Positions 41,471-51,483 of a stretch of 64,000 nt of DNA are shown in pieces; the stretch's first letter is position 1, and every line of letters begins with the position of its first letter. The translations under genes were made by a program, and so were the position numbers. The stretch is from the NCBI GenBank assembly GCA_029931975.1, contig JAOZQY010000002.1:27799-91798 (forward strand), written 5' to 3'. The stretch comes from Bacteroidales bacterium. GTDB lineage: Bacteria; Bacteroidota; Bacteroidia; Bacteroidales; GCA-2748055. The notes below the pieces were generated by a model that saw only the letters and a program-made list of their open reading frames with translations, was not told the origin of the DNA and searched no databases.

Positions 41471-42826
41471 ATGCAAAGACGTGATTTTATTAGAACAGGA
41501 GCTGTTGTCGGAGTGGCAGCAGCCCTTCCATTCCCGATTTTTGGGAAAGCTGCCAATGAGAAGGCCCGTATTGGCTTTATTGGAGTCGGACTGAGAGGCA
41601 GGAACCATCTGAACAACCTGCTGATGCGGGATGATGTAATTGTTCCGGCCATATGCGATCTCGATCCGGATGCGCTGGCTAAGAGTCAGAGACTGATAGC
41701 TAAGCATAAGCAACAGAAGGCCGAAGAATACTCTGGAAATGCCTATGCATACCGGGATATGTTGCAACGCAGCGATATGGATGGGGTGATTATCTGTACC
41801 CCCTGGTTGTGGCACACCCGCATGAGCGTCGAAGCCATGCGTGCCGGTAAGTATGCCGGTGTGGAGGTGTCAGCTGCAAATACCCTGGAGGAGTGCTGGG
41901 ACCTGGTCAATACCTACGAGCAGACCGGCGTTCCGGTGATGATCATGGAGAATGTTTGTTACAGGCGGGATGTGATGGCTGTGATGCAGATGGTCCGCGA
42001 AGGATTGTTTGGAGATATGCTTCATGCCCGTTGTGGGTATCAGCATGATCTGCGGGGTGTGAAATTCAATGATGGAAAAACGGCCAATGGTCCGGGAGTG
42101 GAATTTGGCGAGAAGGGTATTTCTGAGTCCGCCTGGCGCACTGAACATTCGCTTCACCGGAACGGGGATGTCTATCCCACCCATGGCGTTGGCCCCATAG
42201 CAAATATGTTCAATATTAACAGGGGGAACCGCTTCTCTACGCTCACCTCCAGTGCCACCAAGGCTGTGGGCTTGAACCGCTATATTGTAAACCACCCCAA
42301 GGGTGGTCCGCATCACCCAAACGCCTCCCTGAAGTGGAAACAGGGCGATGTAATTACCAGCACCATCGAGACCTCCAATGGAGAGACGATCATTGTAACC
42401 CACGACTGCAATTCACCCCGACCTTATTCATTGGGGTTCAGGGTTCAGGGATCGGCGGGACTGACCGAGTTTGATTACCATACCAGGAGGATTTATGTGG
42501 AAGATGTGAGTCCGGCCCATGAGTGGGAGGAGATGGATGCTTATCTGGAGAAGTACGATCATCCATTATGGAAAAAATATGGAGAGTATGCGGCAGGTAG
42601 CGGGCATGGTGGAATGGATTTCTTTGTTGATAACGCATTTGTGGAGATTGTAAAAAGGAAACTGGAGGCTCCCATGGATGCTTATGATGCAGCCGCATGG
42701 AGTGCCATTACACCACTATCTGAGTTATCTATCGAAAACAATGGAGCTCCCCAGGACTTTCCTGATTTCACGAGGGGAAGATGGATGAAAAGGAAGCCGG
42801 TATTTGCGCTGGGCGACGATTTCTAG
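41471..42826 (+). CDS. Tat-exported Gfo/Idh/MocA-fold NAD-dependent glycosidase (GH109-like)
   Basis: Tat motif MQRRDFIRTGAVVGVAAA, a Rossmann segment IGFIGVGLRGRNH, and size and layout typical of GH109. Confidence 0.75.
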   Translation: MQRRDFIRTGAVVGVAAALPFPIFGKAANEKARIGFIGVGLRGRNHLNNLLMRDDVIVPAICDLDPDALAKSQRLIAKHKQQKAEEYSGNAYAYRDMLQRSDMDGVIICTPWLWHTRMSVEAMRAGKYAGVEVSAANTLEECWDLVNTYEQTGVPVMIMENVCYRRDVMAVMQMVREGLFGDMLHARCGYQHDLRGVKFNDGKTANGPGVEFGEKGISESAWRTEHSLHRNGDVYPTHGVGPIANMFNINRGNRFSTLTSSATKAVGLNRYIVNHPKGGPHHPNASLKWKQGDVITSTIETSNGETIIVTHDCNSPRPYSLGFRVQGSAGLTEFDYHTRRIYVEDVSPAHEWEEMDAYLEKYDHPLWKKYGEYAAGSGHGGMDFFVDNAFVEIVKRKLEAPMDAYDAAAWSAITPLSELSIENNGAPQDFPDFTRGRWMKRKPVFALGDDF

Positions 42827-42835
42827 TCGGCTTTG

Positions 42836-43762
42836 ATGGGGCAATCCAAACTTAAATCTGCTCTGCTGGCGATCATCTCATGTTTGCTATGGTCGACCGC
42901 ATTTGCAGGAGTAAAAATCGGACTGGAGTATGCCACACCCCTGCAATTTGCCGGGACCCGTTTTTTTATAGCGGGACTGTTGGTATTTCCCCTGGCTTAC
43001 AGGGTCAATCCCGGCTACTTCAGCATTGTCCGAAAGAACCTGAAACTGATCCTGCTCTTTGCCTTCCTGCAGACCTTCCTGCAATACACCATGTTCTATA
43101 CGGGGATAAATATGATTCCTGCTGCCGTGGCTGCTATTTTGATTGGTTCACAGCCTTTTTTTATTGCCCTGGTGGCTCATTACATGATGCCAGGTGACCG
43201 AATGAATCTTTCAAGGTTGTTGGTGATCCTGCTGGGCATTTCAGGAGTGGTGCTGGTTAGTTTTGAGAAGGATCCGCAGTCTGCCACCGGACATATTGCT
43301 GTGGCAGGCATCTTGCTTATGCTCGGAATCAACCTGCTCTCCGGCTTTTCGAATGTACTCGTGGCACGAGAAAGGGCTATGATTCCTCCACTGGTGATCA
43401 GTTCGTCGTCCATGATGATTGGAGGCCTGGCACTCTTTATTTGCTCCATTCCCATTGAGGGTATCTCTTTCGAAGCCAGGCCACCAGTCTATTTTATATC
43501 ACTGTCCTGGTTAAGCATCCTATCGGCTATTGCCATTTCCATTTGGATCACTCTTTTAAAAATGCCCGGCATCAAGGTGTCGGACCTGAATCTGTGGAAA
43601 TTTCTAATTCCCTTGTTTGGAGCCCTGGTCTCCTGGTTGCTGATACCTGCCGAGCAAGCACAGGCACTTACTATCACCGGGATGTTTATGATAAGCCTTG
43701 CTCTTGTAATTTCGGCTCTGCTTAAGCGAAAAAAACATACAATCATTCAAGAAAAAGCATAA
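42836..43762 (+). CDS. DMT superfamily (EamA) transporter
   Basis: 10-TM ORF with a duplicated EamA-like halves pattern. Confidence 0.8.
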   Translation: MGQSKLKSALLAIISCLLWSTAFAGVKIGLEYATPLQFAGTRFFIAGLLVFPLAYRVNPGYFSIVRKNLKLILLFAFLQTFLQYTMFYTGINMIPAAVAAILIGSQPFFIALVAHYMMPGDRMNLSRLLVILLGISGVVLVSFEKDPQSATGHIAVAGILLMLGINLLSGFSNVLVARERAMIPPLVISSSSMMIGGLALFICSIPIEGISFEARPPVYFISLSWLSILSAIAISIWITLLKMPGIKVSDLNLWKFLIPLFGALVSWLLIPAEQAQALTITGMFMISLALVISALLKRKKHTIIQEKA

Positions 43763-43781
43763 CTTTATCTGATCACTTGCC

Positions 43782-45827
43782 ATGAGAATTCGGACTGTCA
43801 CATATCTGTTTCTACTAGCTGTATGTACGCTACCGAATCTTTATGCTCAGGAAGAACCACTGGCTGAAAAAGGGCTGCTCGATCTGAGCGGGTATGACTT
43901 CAACACCGATGGCCCTTTGGAGATCAGGGGCGAATTTGAGTTCTACTGGAAACAGATGCTAAATCCTGCGATAGAGGGAGATACGGGGGAGATGGTTTAT
44001 TTAGACGTGCCTGGTTCCTGGATCAATCTGCGAAAAGAAAACCCCGATATAACACGCTATGGATTTGCGACCTACAGGCTGATGATTCTTTTGCCTGAAA
44101 GAATGGGAGAAGTGGCCTTTAGTGTAGAGAATGTATTTTCCGCATCTGCCTTTTTTGTAAATGGCAAAGCAATCAACTACCTGGGATTTCCCGGTGTTAA
44201 CAAGTACCAGACCGTAATGCGTACCAGTCGTCCGATGATGATTGGAACTGTGAATGCACAGGAGGTGGAATTGCTGATCAGGGTCTCCAATTTTGAGAAC
44301 AGGATAAGCGGTATAGCGGGTGGACTTACCATTGGAAAGGTTGACCAGATGCAGGATATACGGCAAAAGGAACTTTTCAGGGGACATTTTTTGATTGGGG
44401 CATTCCTGATTATCGGCATCTATTTCTTAGGGCTCTACCTGATACGAACAGAGCACTACAGGCTATACTTCTCAATCATATGCTTCCTTATGGCTCTGCG
44501 GGTAATGATGATCGTGGAGATCCCGGTGATCGAGAACCTGAATCTGAATGGACTTACCATGGCCCGTCTGGACTATCTGAATATTTACTTTTTTGCACCC
44601 TTCTTCATATTGATGATCCGGTCCATTTTTCCCATTGAATTTCCTCAGCTGGCTTACCGGATTTCCATGTGGATATCTTCCGTTTTTATTGTAGTTGTGG
44701 TGGTCTCACCCATCAGCCTGTTCTCATTCTCTTTACCCTTTTTCTTTGTCTTCTTCCTCCTGGTCAGCGGGGTCTTTCTCTATGTGATTATTCTGGCCTG
44801 GACGCGCGGGAGAAGTCATGCTCCTGCTTTTACCCTGGGTCTTTTGATCCTCTTTGCAGGTGCCTTGAATGATATGTTGGTTGAGATTGATGTGATCGAA
44901 TCAGCTCTTGTGGTACACTACACCATGTTTATTTACCTGCTGGTCTATGTTTACATTTTTGCTGATAAGTCAAATGCCCTGCAGAAGAAAGCAAAGTTGC
45001 TTGCAGAAGAGATAAGCCAGGTGAAGAATCACCTGGAGGACCTGGTGGAGGAAAGGACTACCGAATTGCAGGCGGTATCGAACGAGCTGGAAAGCCAGAA
45101 GGAAAAGCTGGAATCGACCAATCGTGATCAGGTGGAAGCCATTAATGCCAGGAACAGGTTATTTGCAATAATAGGTCACGATGTGAGGGCCCCTATTGGT
45201 TATATCATGCAGGCCCTGCAAATGCTTATAGACAATCCCGAGATCACCGAGAAAGAAAGACAGGAATTATTGAAGATGATGGCCAGTTCGTCGGAAGTCA
45301 CCTATAACCTGCTGGAGAATCTGCTTGTATGGGGGAGGTCCCAGACCGGCAAGCTAAAAGCAACGCCAGTGAGGTTTGTGTTAAAAGAGCTCATCGATGA
45401 AAGCCTGGAGCTCCTGAATATGGGTTTGAAAGAAAAGAGCCTGAAAGTTGAGGTCTTTGTAAGTGAGAGCCATATAGTGAAAGCTGACAGGGATCTGCTC
45501 TACATTGTGATCAGGAATCTGGTAAGTAATGCCATGAAATTCACTCCTGAAAAAGGGGGTATCTATATCTCCTCAAAAAAATCCAATGGGGAAGTGCAGA
45601 TTTCCATCCGCGATACAGGAATCGGCATCCCTGAATCGATGCTGAGCAAACTGCTGGATCCAAAAGGGCAGGTTTCTACCAATGGTACCAGGGGTGAGAA
45701 AGGTTCCGGACTGGGATTGCAAATATGCCAGGAGATTATTCAGGCCAACGATGGCTGGATGAAAATAGAAAGCAGTAGCGGAAAAGGTACAACAATCATT
45801 ATAGGCATCAAGGCTTCAGAAAAGTAA
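43782..45827 (+). CDS. 7TMR-DISM sensor histidine kinase
   Basis: Signal peptide plus an extracellular sugar-binding-like domain, 7 TM helices, a coiled coil, H-box GHDVRAP, then NAMKFT, DTGIGI and GSGLGLQI. Confidence 0.85.
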   Translation: MRIRTVTYLFLLAVCTLPNLYAQEEPLAEKGLLDLSGYDFNTDGPLEIRGEFEFYWKQMLNPAIEGDTGEMVYLDVPGSWINLRKENPDITRYGFATYRLMILLPERMGEVAFSVENVFSASAFFVNGKAINYLGFPGVNKYQTVMRTSRPMMIGTVNAQEVELLIRVSNFENRISGIAGGLTIGKVDQMQDIRQKELFRGHFLIGAFLIIGIYFLGLYLIRTEHYRLYFSIICFLMALRVMMIVEIPVIENLNLNGLTMARLDYLNIYFFAPFFILMIRSIFPIEFPQLAYRISMWISSVFIVVVVVSPISLFSFSLPFFFVFFLLVSGVFLYVIILAWTRGRSHAPAFTLGLLILFAGALNDMLVEIDVIESALVVHYTMFIYLLVYVYIFADKSNALQKKAKLLAEEISQVKNHLEDLVEERTTELQAVSNELESQKEKLESTNRDQVEAINARNRLFAIIGHDVRAPIGYIMQALQMLIDNPEITEKERQELLKMMASSSEVTYNLLENLLVWGRSQTGKLKATPVRFVLKELIDESLELLNMGLKEKSLKVEVFVSESHIVKADRDLLYIVIRNLVSNAMKFTPEKGGIYISSKKSNGEVQISIRDTGIGIPESMLSKLLDPKGQVSTNGTRGEKGSGLGLQICQEIIQANDGWMKIESSSGKGTTIIIGIKASEK

Positions 45828-45857
45828 GCTTGTGATTAAATTACTAAATTTATCCAC

Positions 45858-46160
45858 ATGAGAGCAATCACAATTAAATCAGTGGAGATCCTCCAAGAGG
45901 AGGTGCAACTTGAAGTCCATTACAAATTTGGAATGGAGCAGTACACTGATTATGTTTTCAAACCGGGAGGGGGCAAAATGTATTCAGCCACCATTGTCAT
46001 GGATTCCAGTGAGCATGTGATAAGCAAAGTAACTGAAGCAAGCAGTTTCTTTCCCGGACACACATTTATTCTCGACGATCTCGATATGGAGTCCAATATA
46101 TCAACATCTTACCGCTTAAAGGAAGGGGAAATCCTGGAGAAGAAATTTAATATTGGCTAA
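45858..46160 (+). CDS. hypothetical protein
   Basis: 100-aa ORF, 30 nt downstream of the kinase gene. It has no recognisable motifs. Confidence 0.4.
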   Translation: MRAITIKSVEILQEEVQLEVHYKFGMEQYTDYVFKPGGGKMYSATIVMDSSEHVISKVTEASSFFPGHTFILDDLDMESNISTSYRLKEGEILEKKFNIG

Positions 46161-46182
46161 GGTCGCCCAACTCTTTAATTTA

Positions 46183-48603
46183 TTAGTTCTTTGATCTGAT
46201 ATTTACTTTTGAGGACCTGAGTCCTTCTGCACTTGCACTTACAACCAGGTCGCCCGGCTCACTTCCTGCCTGCAATATCAGAAGCTGTTTGCCTTTCCTG
46301 ATCTCTTTTGAACTTGAACCGTATGGGGTTTGATCTGCCAGGTCGCCGTTATCGATGACCCTGATTCTCCCGTTGCCCTCCAGCTGATAGTTAACCATAT
46401 GCTTACTGTGCGGGTTGAGTTCCCCGGCACTGTCCACTACACTTGTTGTAATGTGGACAATTCGCCTGCCGTTTTCCACCAATCGTTTGTCAGGATGCAT
46501 GGCGAGTGCATAGGGAGAGTATGAGGTGCGCAGAGTGTCTGATATCTTCTGTTGTTTTCCCCTGTCGTCATCATAGTATGCATGGGCCACCAGTACACCT
46601 TTCTCATAGGGAACAGGGGCCTTTATTACTCCATCCGGAAATGACGCTCTCTTCAGGCTATGAATCAGCCGGCTGTTCAGTATGATATCTACTTGCCTGC
46701 AATTGGTAAAAACCACAACTTCCTTGCTTGTTGGATCGTCCTGGAAACTCCAGTGTTCCACCAGAGGAGGACCAACCCAACTGGTTTGCCAGCTGCTCAG
46801 TTGATTCAGCGAGTCTGCAAAAAGCGAGTCCTTTACTGTAAGTTTTACCATGGGATCGTCCCGGTACTGAGAAGCAATATACCAGGCATGGGGTTTGATA
46901 AATCCATTGGTTTCCATCAATCCATTTCTTAAACCACGATCTGGCCAGCCTGCCGATTCACCAAGATAGTCGATCCCGGCCCAGATAAACTGACCGGCCA
47001 CAAACTCATCCATGTCGTTCCAGGAGTTGTCGGAATAATCGATTACCTGGTAATCCTCTTTTCTCTGTGTGCCATATGCTTTGGTTTCGGTGGCTATAAA
47101 AACAAGCTCAGGGTGGAGTTTATGCCAGATCCTGAATGAATCGCTGCGGTAGTTGTAGGAAACTACAGGGGAAACATGCATGAGGCTCGAAGGGACTTCA
47201 AATTCGGGATTTGAAGAGCCGGGATGAAGGGCAGCGGTGACCATTCTGCTTGAATCGATCGACAGAACAAAATCCTTCATTTTACTATACCAGGCAACTC
47301 CATCGCCAGGATTGTAGAGTTGCTCCATGGTTTCATTCCCCAGACTCCAGAGGACAACCGAGGCATGATTTCTGTCGCGACGTATAAAATTAGACAGGTC
47401 ACTCTCCCAGGTTTCTTCCAGGCTCAGGTCCTCAGCGGCACCTGGCCAGGGCTGCTCCCACTTATCATACATTTCGTCGATAACCAGGAATCCCATTCTG
47501 TCGGCCAGGTCCAGTACCTCGGGGGCGTGTGGATTGTGGGCCAGCCTCAGGGCATTGACACCCAGTTCTTTCAATAGATGAAATCTTCTTTTCCAGCTTT
47601 CCAGCGGAACGGCGGCCCCAAGTTCTCCTCCATCGTGATGAAGACAAACCCCTTTCATGATAAGTTTCTCTCCGTTCAGAACAAACCCCTGGTCTGGATT
47701 GAATTCCACACTTCGAATACCATGTTCAATGGTGAGCTGATCGAGCGACTTATTCTTATCCGTCAGGTAACAGTGGACTTTGTAAAGATTGGGAGAATCG
47801 GGCGACCAAAAGCTTGGGTTCTCTATAATGAAGTTTCTTTTGGGGCGGATAAGGCCTCCCGATTCAATAAGACCTGTGCTGTTACCGTTGGCCACCAGTT
47901 TTCCACCTGGATCCACCACATCGTACCGCACTTCAAATCGTCGGCCCTTCCGGCCATTATTTTGTACTTCCAGGGAGATGTCCAGGCTGGCTTTACCCGT
48001 ACTGTCGATGCTCGATGTTACAGCCTCGCCCCAGATGGACATATGTAAGGCGCTGGTAGTGATTAGTCTCACGTGCCTGTATATTCCTCCACCCGAATAC
48101 CAGCGATCTGTCGGCAACTTGCTGCAATCAGTTCTGACGGCAATTACATTAAGAGTGTCGGTCCGGACCAACGCGGAAATATCATGATAGAAACTGGAGT
48201 ATCCATAAACTTGTTTGCCCAGGTGTTTGCCGTTGAAGTAGACATCGGCATTCCTCATAACGCCTTCAAAGAGCAGGTAAAACTGTTCTTTGTTTTCATA
48301 TTCAGAGAGGTCCAGGCTATGACGGTACCATCCAATACCTCCCGGGTAAAAGCCTCCAGCCGTTCCGGATTGATTATCTCTTTGTGCCCTTTGCTCAATC
48401 ATCCAGTCGTGGGGTAGTGAAAGATACTTCCACTCGGAATCATTAAAATCAGGGCGGAATGCGCCGGAAGGATCGCCCATGGTGAATCGCCAGTTCAGAT
48501 CAATGGTGGTGTTGACCCTGGGCTGGCTCTCCCTGGTTCGGTAAATGAACCAGGTTGCCAGGACAACCACTGTGCATAGTATGATCCAGTGGAATATTTT
48601 CAT
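46183..48603 (-). CDS. glycoside hydrolase family 2 protein, secreted/anchored
   Basis: 806-aa ORF with an N-terminal hydrophobic anchor, a sugar-binding N-domain, the acid/base motif WSLGNET and a TIM-barrel core. Confidence 0.9.
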   Translation of the reverse strand: MKIFHWIILCTVVVLATWFIYRTRESQPRVNTTIDLNWRFTMGDPSGAFRPDFNDSEWKYLSLPHDWMIEQRAQRDNQSGTAGGFYPGGIGWYRHSLDLSEYENKEQFYLLFEGVMRNADVYFNGKHLGKQVYGYSSFYHDISALVRTDTLNVIAVRTDCSKLPTDRWYSGGGIYRHVRLITTSALHMSIWGEAVTSSIDSTGKASLDISLEVQNNGRKGRRFEVRYDVVDPGGKLVANGNSTGLIESGGLIRPKRNFIIENPSFWSPDSPNLYKVHCYLTDKNKSLDQLTIEHGIRSVEFNPDQGFVLNGEKLIMKGVCLHHDGGELGAAVPLESWKRRFHLLKELGVNALRLAHNPHAPEVLDLADRMGFLVIDEMYDKWEQPWPGAAEDLSLEETWESDLSNFIRRDRNHASVVLWSLGNETMEQLYNPGDGVAWYSKMKDFVLSIDSSRMVTAALHPGSSNPEFEVPSSLMHVSPVVSYNYRSDSFRIWHKLHPELVFIATETKAYGTQRKEDYQVIDYSDNSWNDMDEFVAGQFIWAGIDYLGESAGWPDRGLRNGLMETNGFIKPHAWYIASQYRDDPMVKLTVKDSLFADSLNQLSSWQTSWVGPPLVEHWSFQDDPTSKEVVVFTNCRQVDIILNSRLIHSLKRASFPDGVIKAPVPYEKGVLVAHAYYDDDRGKQQKISDTLRTSYSPYALAMHPDKRLVENGRRIVHITTSVVDSAGELNPHSKHMVNYQLEGNGRIRVIDNGDLADQTPYGSSSKEIRKGKQLLILQAGSEPGDLVVSASAEGLRSSKVNIRSKN

Positions 48604-49265
48604 TTGTGGCTATTTGACTGAATCAGTTGCTCAAATCGGTTAATAAACTTGTGTATTGTATCGAAATGTCCTGCCTTCAATCTTCGGTTTACAGCAGGCT
48701 GTGAAATTCCCAGAAGCTTACTGATTTCCATCTGGTTCTTCCCGGTCAGGTTCAAAAACATTGCCTCTGCCTGTTCATCTGACCAGTCATGAATAAGTAT
48801 ATCCATAAAACTACAGGTCAGAGTGAACTCATCGTTCAGTTCCTTAAAGGACGATATGATGGAAATTCGCTGGTTTCGTTTCATTTCCCCGATACCTTCT
48901 GAAGCTTTCCGGAAGGCTGTTCCGTCCGATTCCCTCAAATGTTCCTGACCAAACTCCACGGGCCCGATTGCTTCACATACTCTGAGTTCTAAACGCTCCG
49001 TAAGCTCTTTGTAGGACAGGAAGCGGAAGGCACTGAAAAGCATTATGAGCGATCGCATGGAGTGCCCGGGAGAAGCAGAAAGTGCAAGAAACTCATCCAT
49101 CCTGATGATCTCGTACTTGAGCCTGGCTTCTTCAGGGACCAGTCGGTTCACAGCCTGGAATGAGGCCCTGATAATGTCAGGAATCTTACTGAACTGTTCA
49201 TCCGAGATCCTTGCACCAGGGGCAAGTTCTCCTGCAATAACAGCATAATGTGCCTTATTTATCAT
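48600..49265 (-). CDS. SatD-like protein with C-terminal sigma-70 region-4-type HTH
   Basis: 221-aa ORF. Its layout matches my recollection of the SatD family (YAVIAGE...; MDEFLAL; DGTAFRKASEGI; C-terminal EISKLLGISQPAVNRRLK). The stop overlaps the GH2 start by 4 nt (ATGA). Confidence 0.5.
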   Translation of the reverse strand: MINKAHYAVIAGELAPGARISDEQFSKIPDIIRASFQAVNRLVPEEARLKYEIIRMDEFLALSASPGHSMRSLIMLFSAFRFLSYKELTERLELRVCEAIGPVEFGQEHLRESDGTAFRKASEGIGEMKRNQRISIISSFKELNDEFTLTCSFMDILIHDWSDEQAEAMFLNLTGKNQMEISKLLGISQPAVNRRLKAGHFDTIHKFINRFEQLIQSNSHK

Positions 49266-49522
49266 TCCGGGTTAAATAAAATATTTCTGGGTGATTCGGG
49301 TTTTATTAATTAAAAATATTAAGATCCAAAATTATAATAATATACGCTTATAATCTACGCGGGTTACATAAATGTTGCATAATGCACTGGAAGGGCTGAT
49401 TTTTCGGACATGTGCAGATGTTTGAAAAACAGTTGGTTAATATAATATTTTCGGAAAGATTAGAATCATTCTGAATAAGTTCCGAAGGGCTTGAAACACC
49501 GTATATTCAGCATGATTAGTGT

Positions 49523-49530
49523 TATTTTTG
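49523..49530 (+). promoter_or_regulatory. Bacteroidota-type -7 promoter box (TAnnTTTG) ahead of the propeller/Fe-S operon
   Basis: TATTTTTG lies in a ~300-nt AT-rich intergenic region, 15-39 nt upstream of the candidate starts 49545/49569. Confidence 0.4.
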
Positions 49531-49568
49531 ACCAGACATGAAGAATGATATACCTAAACGCGAAGAGG

Positions 49569-50774
49569 ATGAAACAAATATTTGGCCTTATACTTATATC
49601 TGTACTGCTTTGCGATGGAACGGCTCAGGACCCTACCAGTTGGAGAGGCCCCACCCGGGATGGAATCTACCCGGAAACAGGCTTGTTGAAGCAGTGGCCG
49701 GCCGGTGGCCCGCAGATGCTCTGGGCCTATGAAGATCTTGGACAGGGACACTCCTCTGCCATTGTCGATCAGGGCTTTGTATATACAACAGGTATGATCA
49801 ATGATATGGGTTATCTTTTTAAATTCGATTTGGAAGGAAAGCTGGTATACAAAAAGGAATATGGTCCTGAATTCACTGAAAGTTTCTATGGTACCAGGGG
49901 AACACCTACCATTGTGGGTGATAAGATTTACCTCTTGAGCGGCACCGGGAAATTGCATTGTATCTATAATGAGTCGGGCGATATACTCTGGACCAAGGAT
50001 CTGTTTAAGGATTTTGATGGCAAGATTATCCGATGGGGAATGAATGAAACTCCTGTGATCGATGGAGATATTATCTACATTACCCCGGGTGGTAAAAAGT
50101 TTAATATTGTTGCACTGAACCGTCATTCGGGCGATCTGATCTGGAGTTCCCCGGGGATGGGAGAACTGACAGCTTATTCGACCCCCCTGTTGTTTGTACA
50201 TAATGGCAGGAAGATGCTGGCTACCCATTTTGAATCGCACCTGGTGGGTTTTGATGCCACCACAGGTGAAATGCTCTGGAACCAGCACCAGCCCAACGAG
50301 TGGTCCGTTCATCCCAATACACCCATCTATCACCAGGGAGGATTATTCTATCTGAGTGGATACGGACAGGGTGGAGGCATGCTGGAAATTGCGCCTGATG
50401 GCAACTCGGTCAACATAAAATGGACCCATAAGCTTATGGATAGTCGTATGGGCGGTGCCGTTCTGGTGGATGGATACATCTATGGATCCGGCGATAGCCG
50501 GGTGTGGACCTGTTTTGACTGGGAAACCGGAGAAGAGATGTACACTTCTAAGGAAATTGGTTTTGGCGTTTTGATTGCTGCGGATGGAATGCTCTACTGT
50601 TACAGTCAAAAGGGCGAGTTGGCCCTGGTAAAGCCTGATCCTTCAGCGTTTACCGTGATCAGCAAAACCAAGGTGGCTCTTGGATCAGAGCAGCACTGGG
50701 CACATCCGGTCATTTATGACGGTGTCCTCTATGTCAGACATGGCAAAGCGCTGATCGCTTATAAAGTAAAGTAG
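49569..50774 (+). CDS. secreted PQQ-like (BamB-like) beta-propeller repeat protein
   Basis: Signal peptide MKQIFGLILISVLLCDGTAQ, the N-terminal motif WRGPTRDGIYPETGLLKQWPAGGPQMLW, and repeated propeller-blade patterns to the end (WAHPVIYDGVLYVRHGKALIAYKV). An alternative start is at 49545. Confidence 0.8.
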   Translation: MKQIFGLILISVLLCDGTAQDPTSWRGPTRDGIYPETGLLKQWPAGGPQMLWAYEDLGQGHSSAIVDQGFVYTTGMINDMGYLFKFDLEGKLVYKKEYGPEFTESFYGTRGTPTIVGDKIYLLSGTGKLHCIYNESGDILWTKDLFKDFDGKIIRWGMNETPVIDGDIIYITPGGKKFNIVALNRHSGDLIWSSPGMGELTAYSTPLLFVHNGRKMLATHFESHLVGFDATTGEMLWNQHQPNEWSVHPNTPIYHQGGLFYLSGYGQGGGMLEIAPDGNSVNIKWTHKLMDSRMGGAVLVDGYIYGSGDSRVWTCFDWETGEEMYTSKEIGFGVLIAADGMLYCYSQKGELALVKPDPSAFTVISKTKVALGSEQHWAHPVIYDGVLYVRHGKALIAYKVK

Positions 50775-50813
50775 CGTCTCCACCCGGCGGTTTGTATTCA
50801 AAAACTTTAATTG

Positions 50814-51439
50814 ATGAAACATAGCTGTTTATCATTGCTTTTTATGATCCTGCTGACAGGAACAGGCCTGCAGGCTCAGGACGGACAATGGCGTGGACCG
50901 CAGAGGGATGGTAAATATCCTGATACAGGATTGCTGAAAAGCTGGCCCGAAGGGGGACCGGAACTTCTTTTGAGAAAAGATGGGCTGGGCAATGGATATT
51001 CTTCGCCCCTGGTTGTGGATGAGAAGATCTATATTATGGGCGGACTGGGAACGGTTGTCTGCATGGATACCGGTTCGGGAGAGATTCTCTGGCAGAGGAA
51101 TACCCACCAGGAATTTGAGGGTGAATTTCATCGCTGGGGCATGACAGAATCCCTGTTACTGACCGATAATGCAGTGATATCCACTCCAATCGATCACAAT
51201 GGATCAAAGTTAATTCTGATCACCTCCAGCGAGAACCTGATGGGTGTGGATCCTGAGTGCGGGGAGGTATACTGGAAGGTAGATCTCCTGAAGTATCTTG
51301 GCGAAAGAGGTCATCGGATCAATACCAATACACCCTGGAAAGCAGGTCGGGACCCTACTGGGCCCATATGACCATTTATAAAAAGAAATTATTTGTGAGG
51401 CATGGGGAAGTTCTTTACATCTTCGAAATAGGGGAATAG
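50814..51439 (+). pseudogene. decayed paralogue of the preceding beta-propeller gene
   Basis: It has the same signal and N-motif (WRGPQRDGKYPDTGLLKSWPEGGPELLL). The body is about half length with blades missing. The conserved C-terminus (WAHMTIYKKKLFVRHGEVLYIFEI) is in a different frame (ORF 51257-51439). Confidence 0.6.
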
Positions 51440-51483
51440 GGAAATAGTTAATAGTTAGTGGCTTGAGATTGAACAGGATAAAT

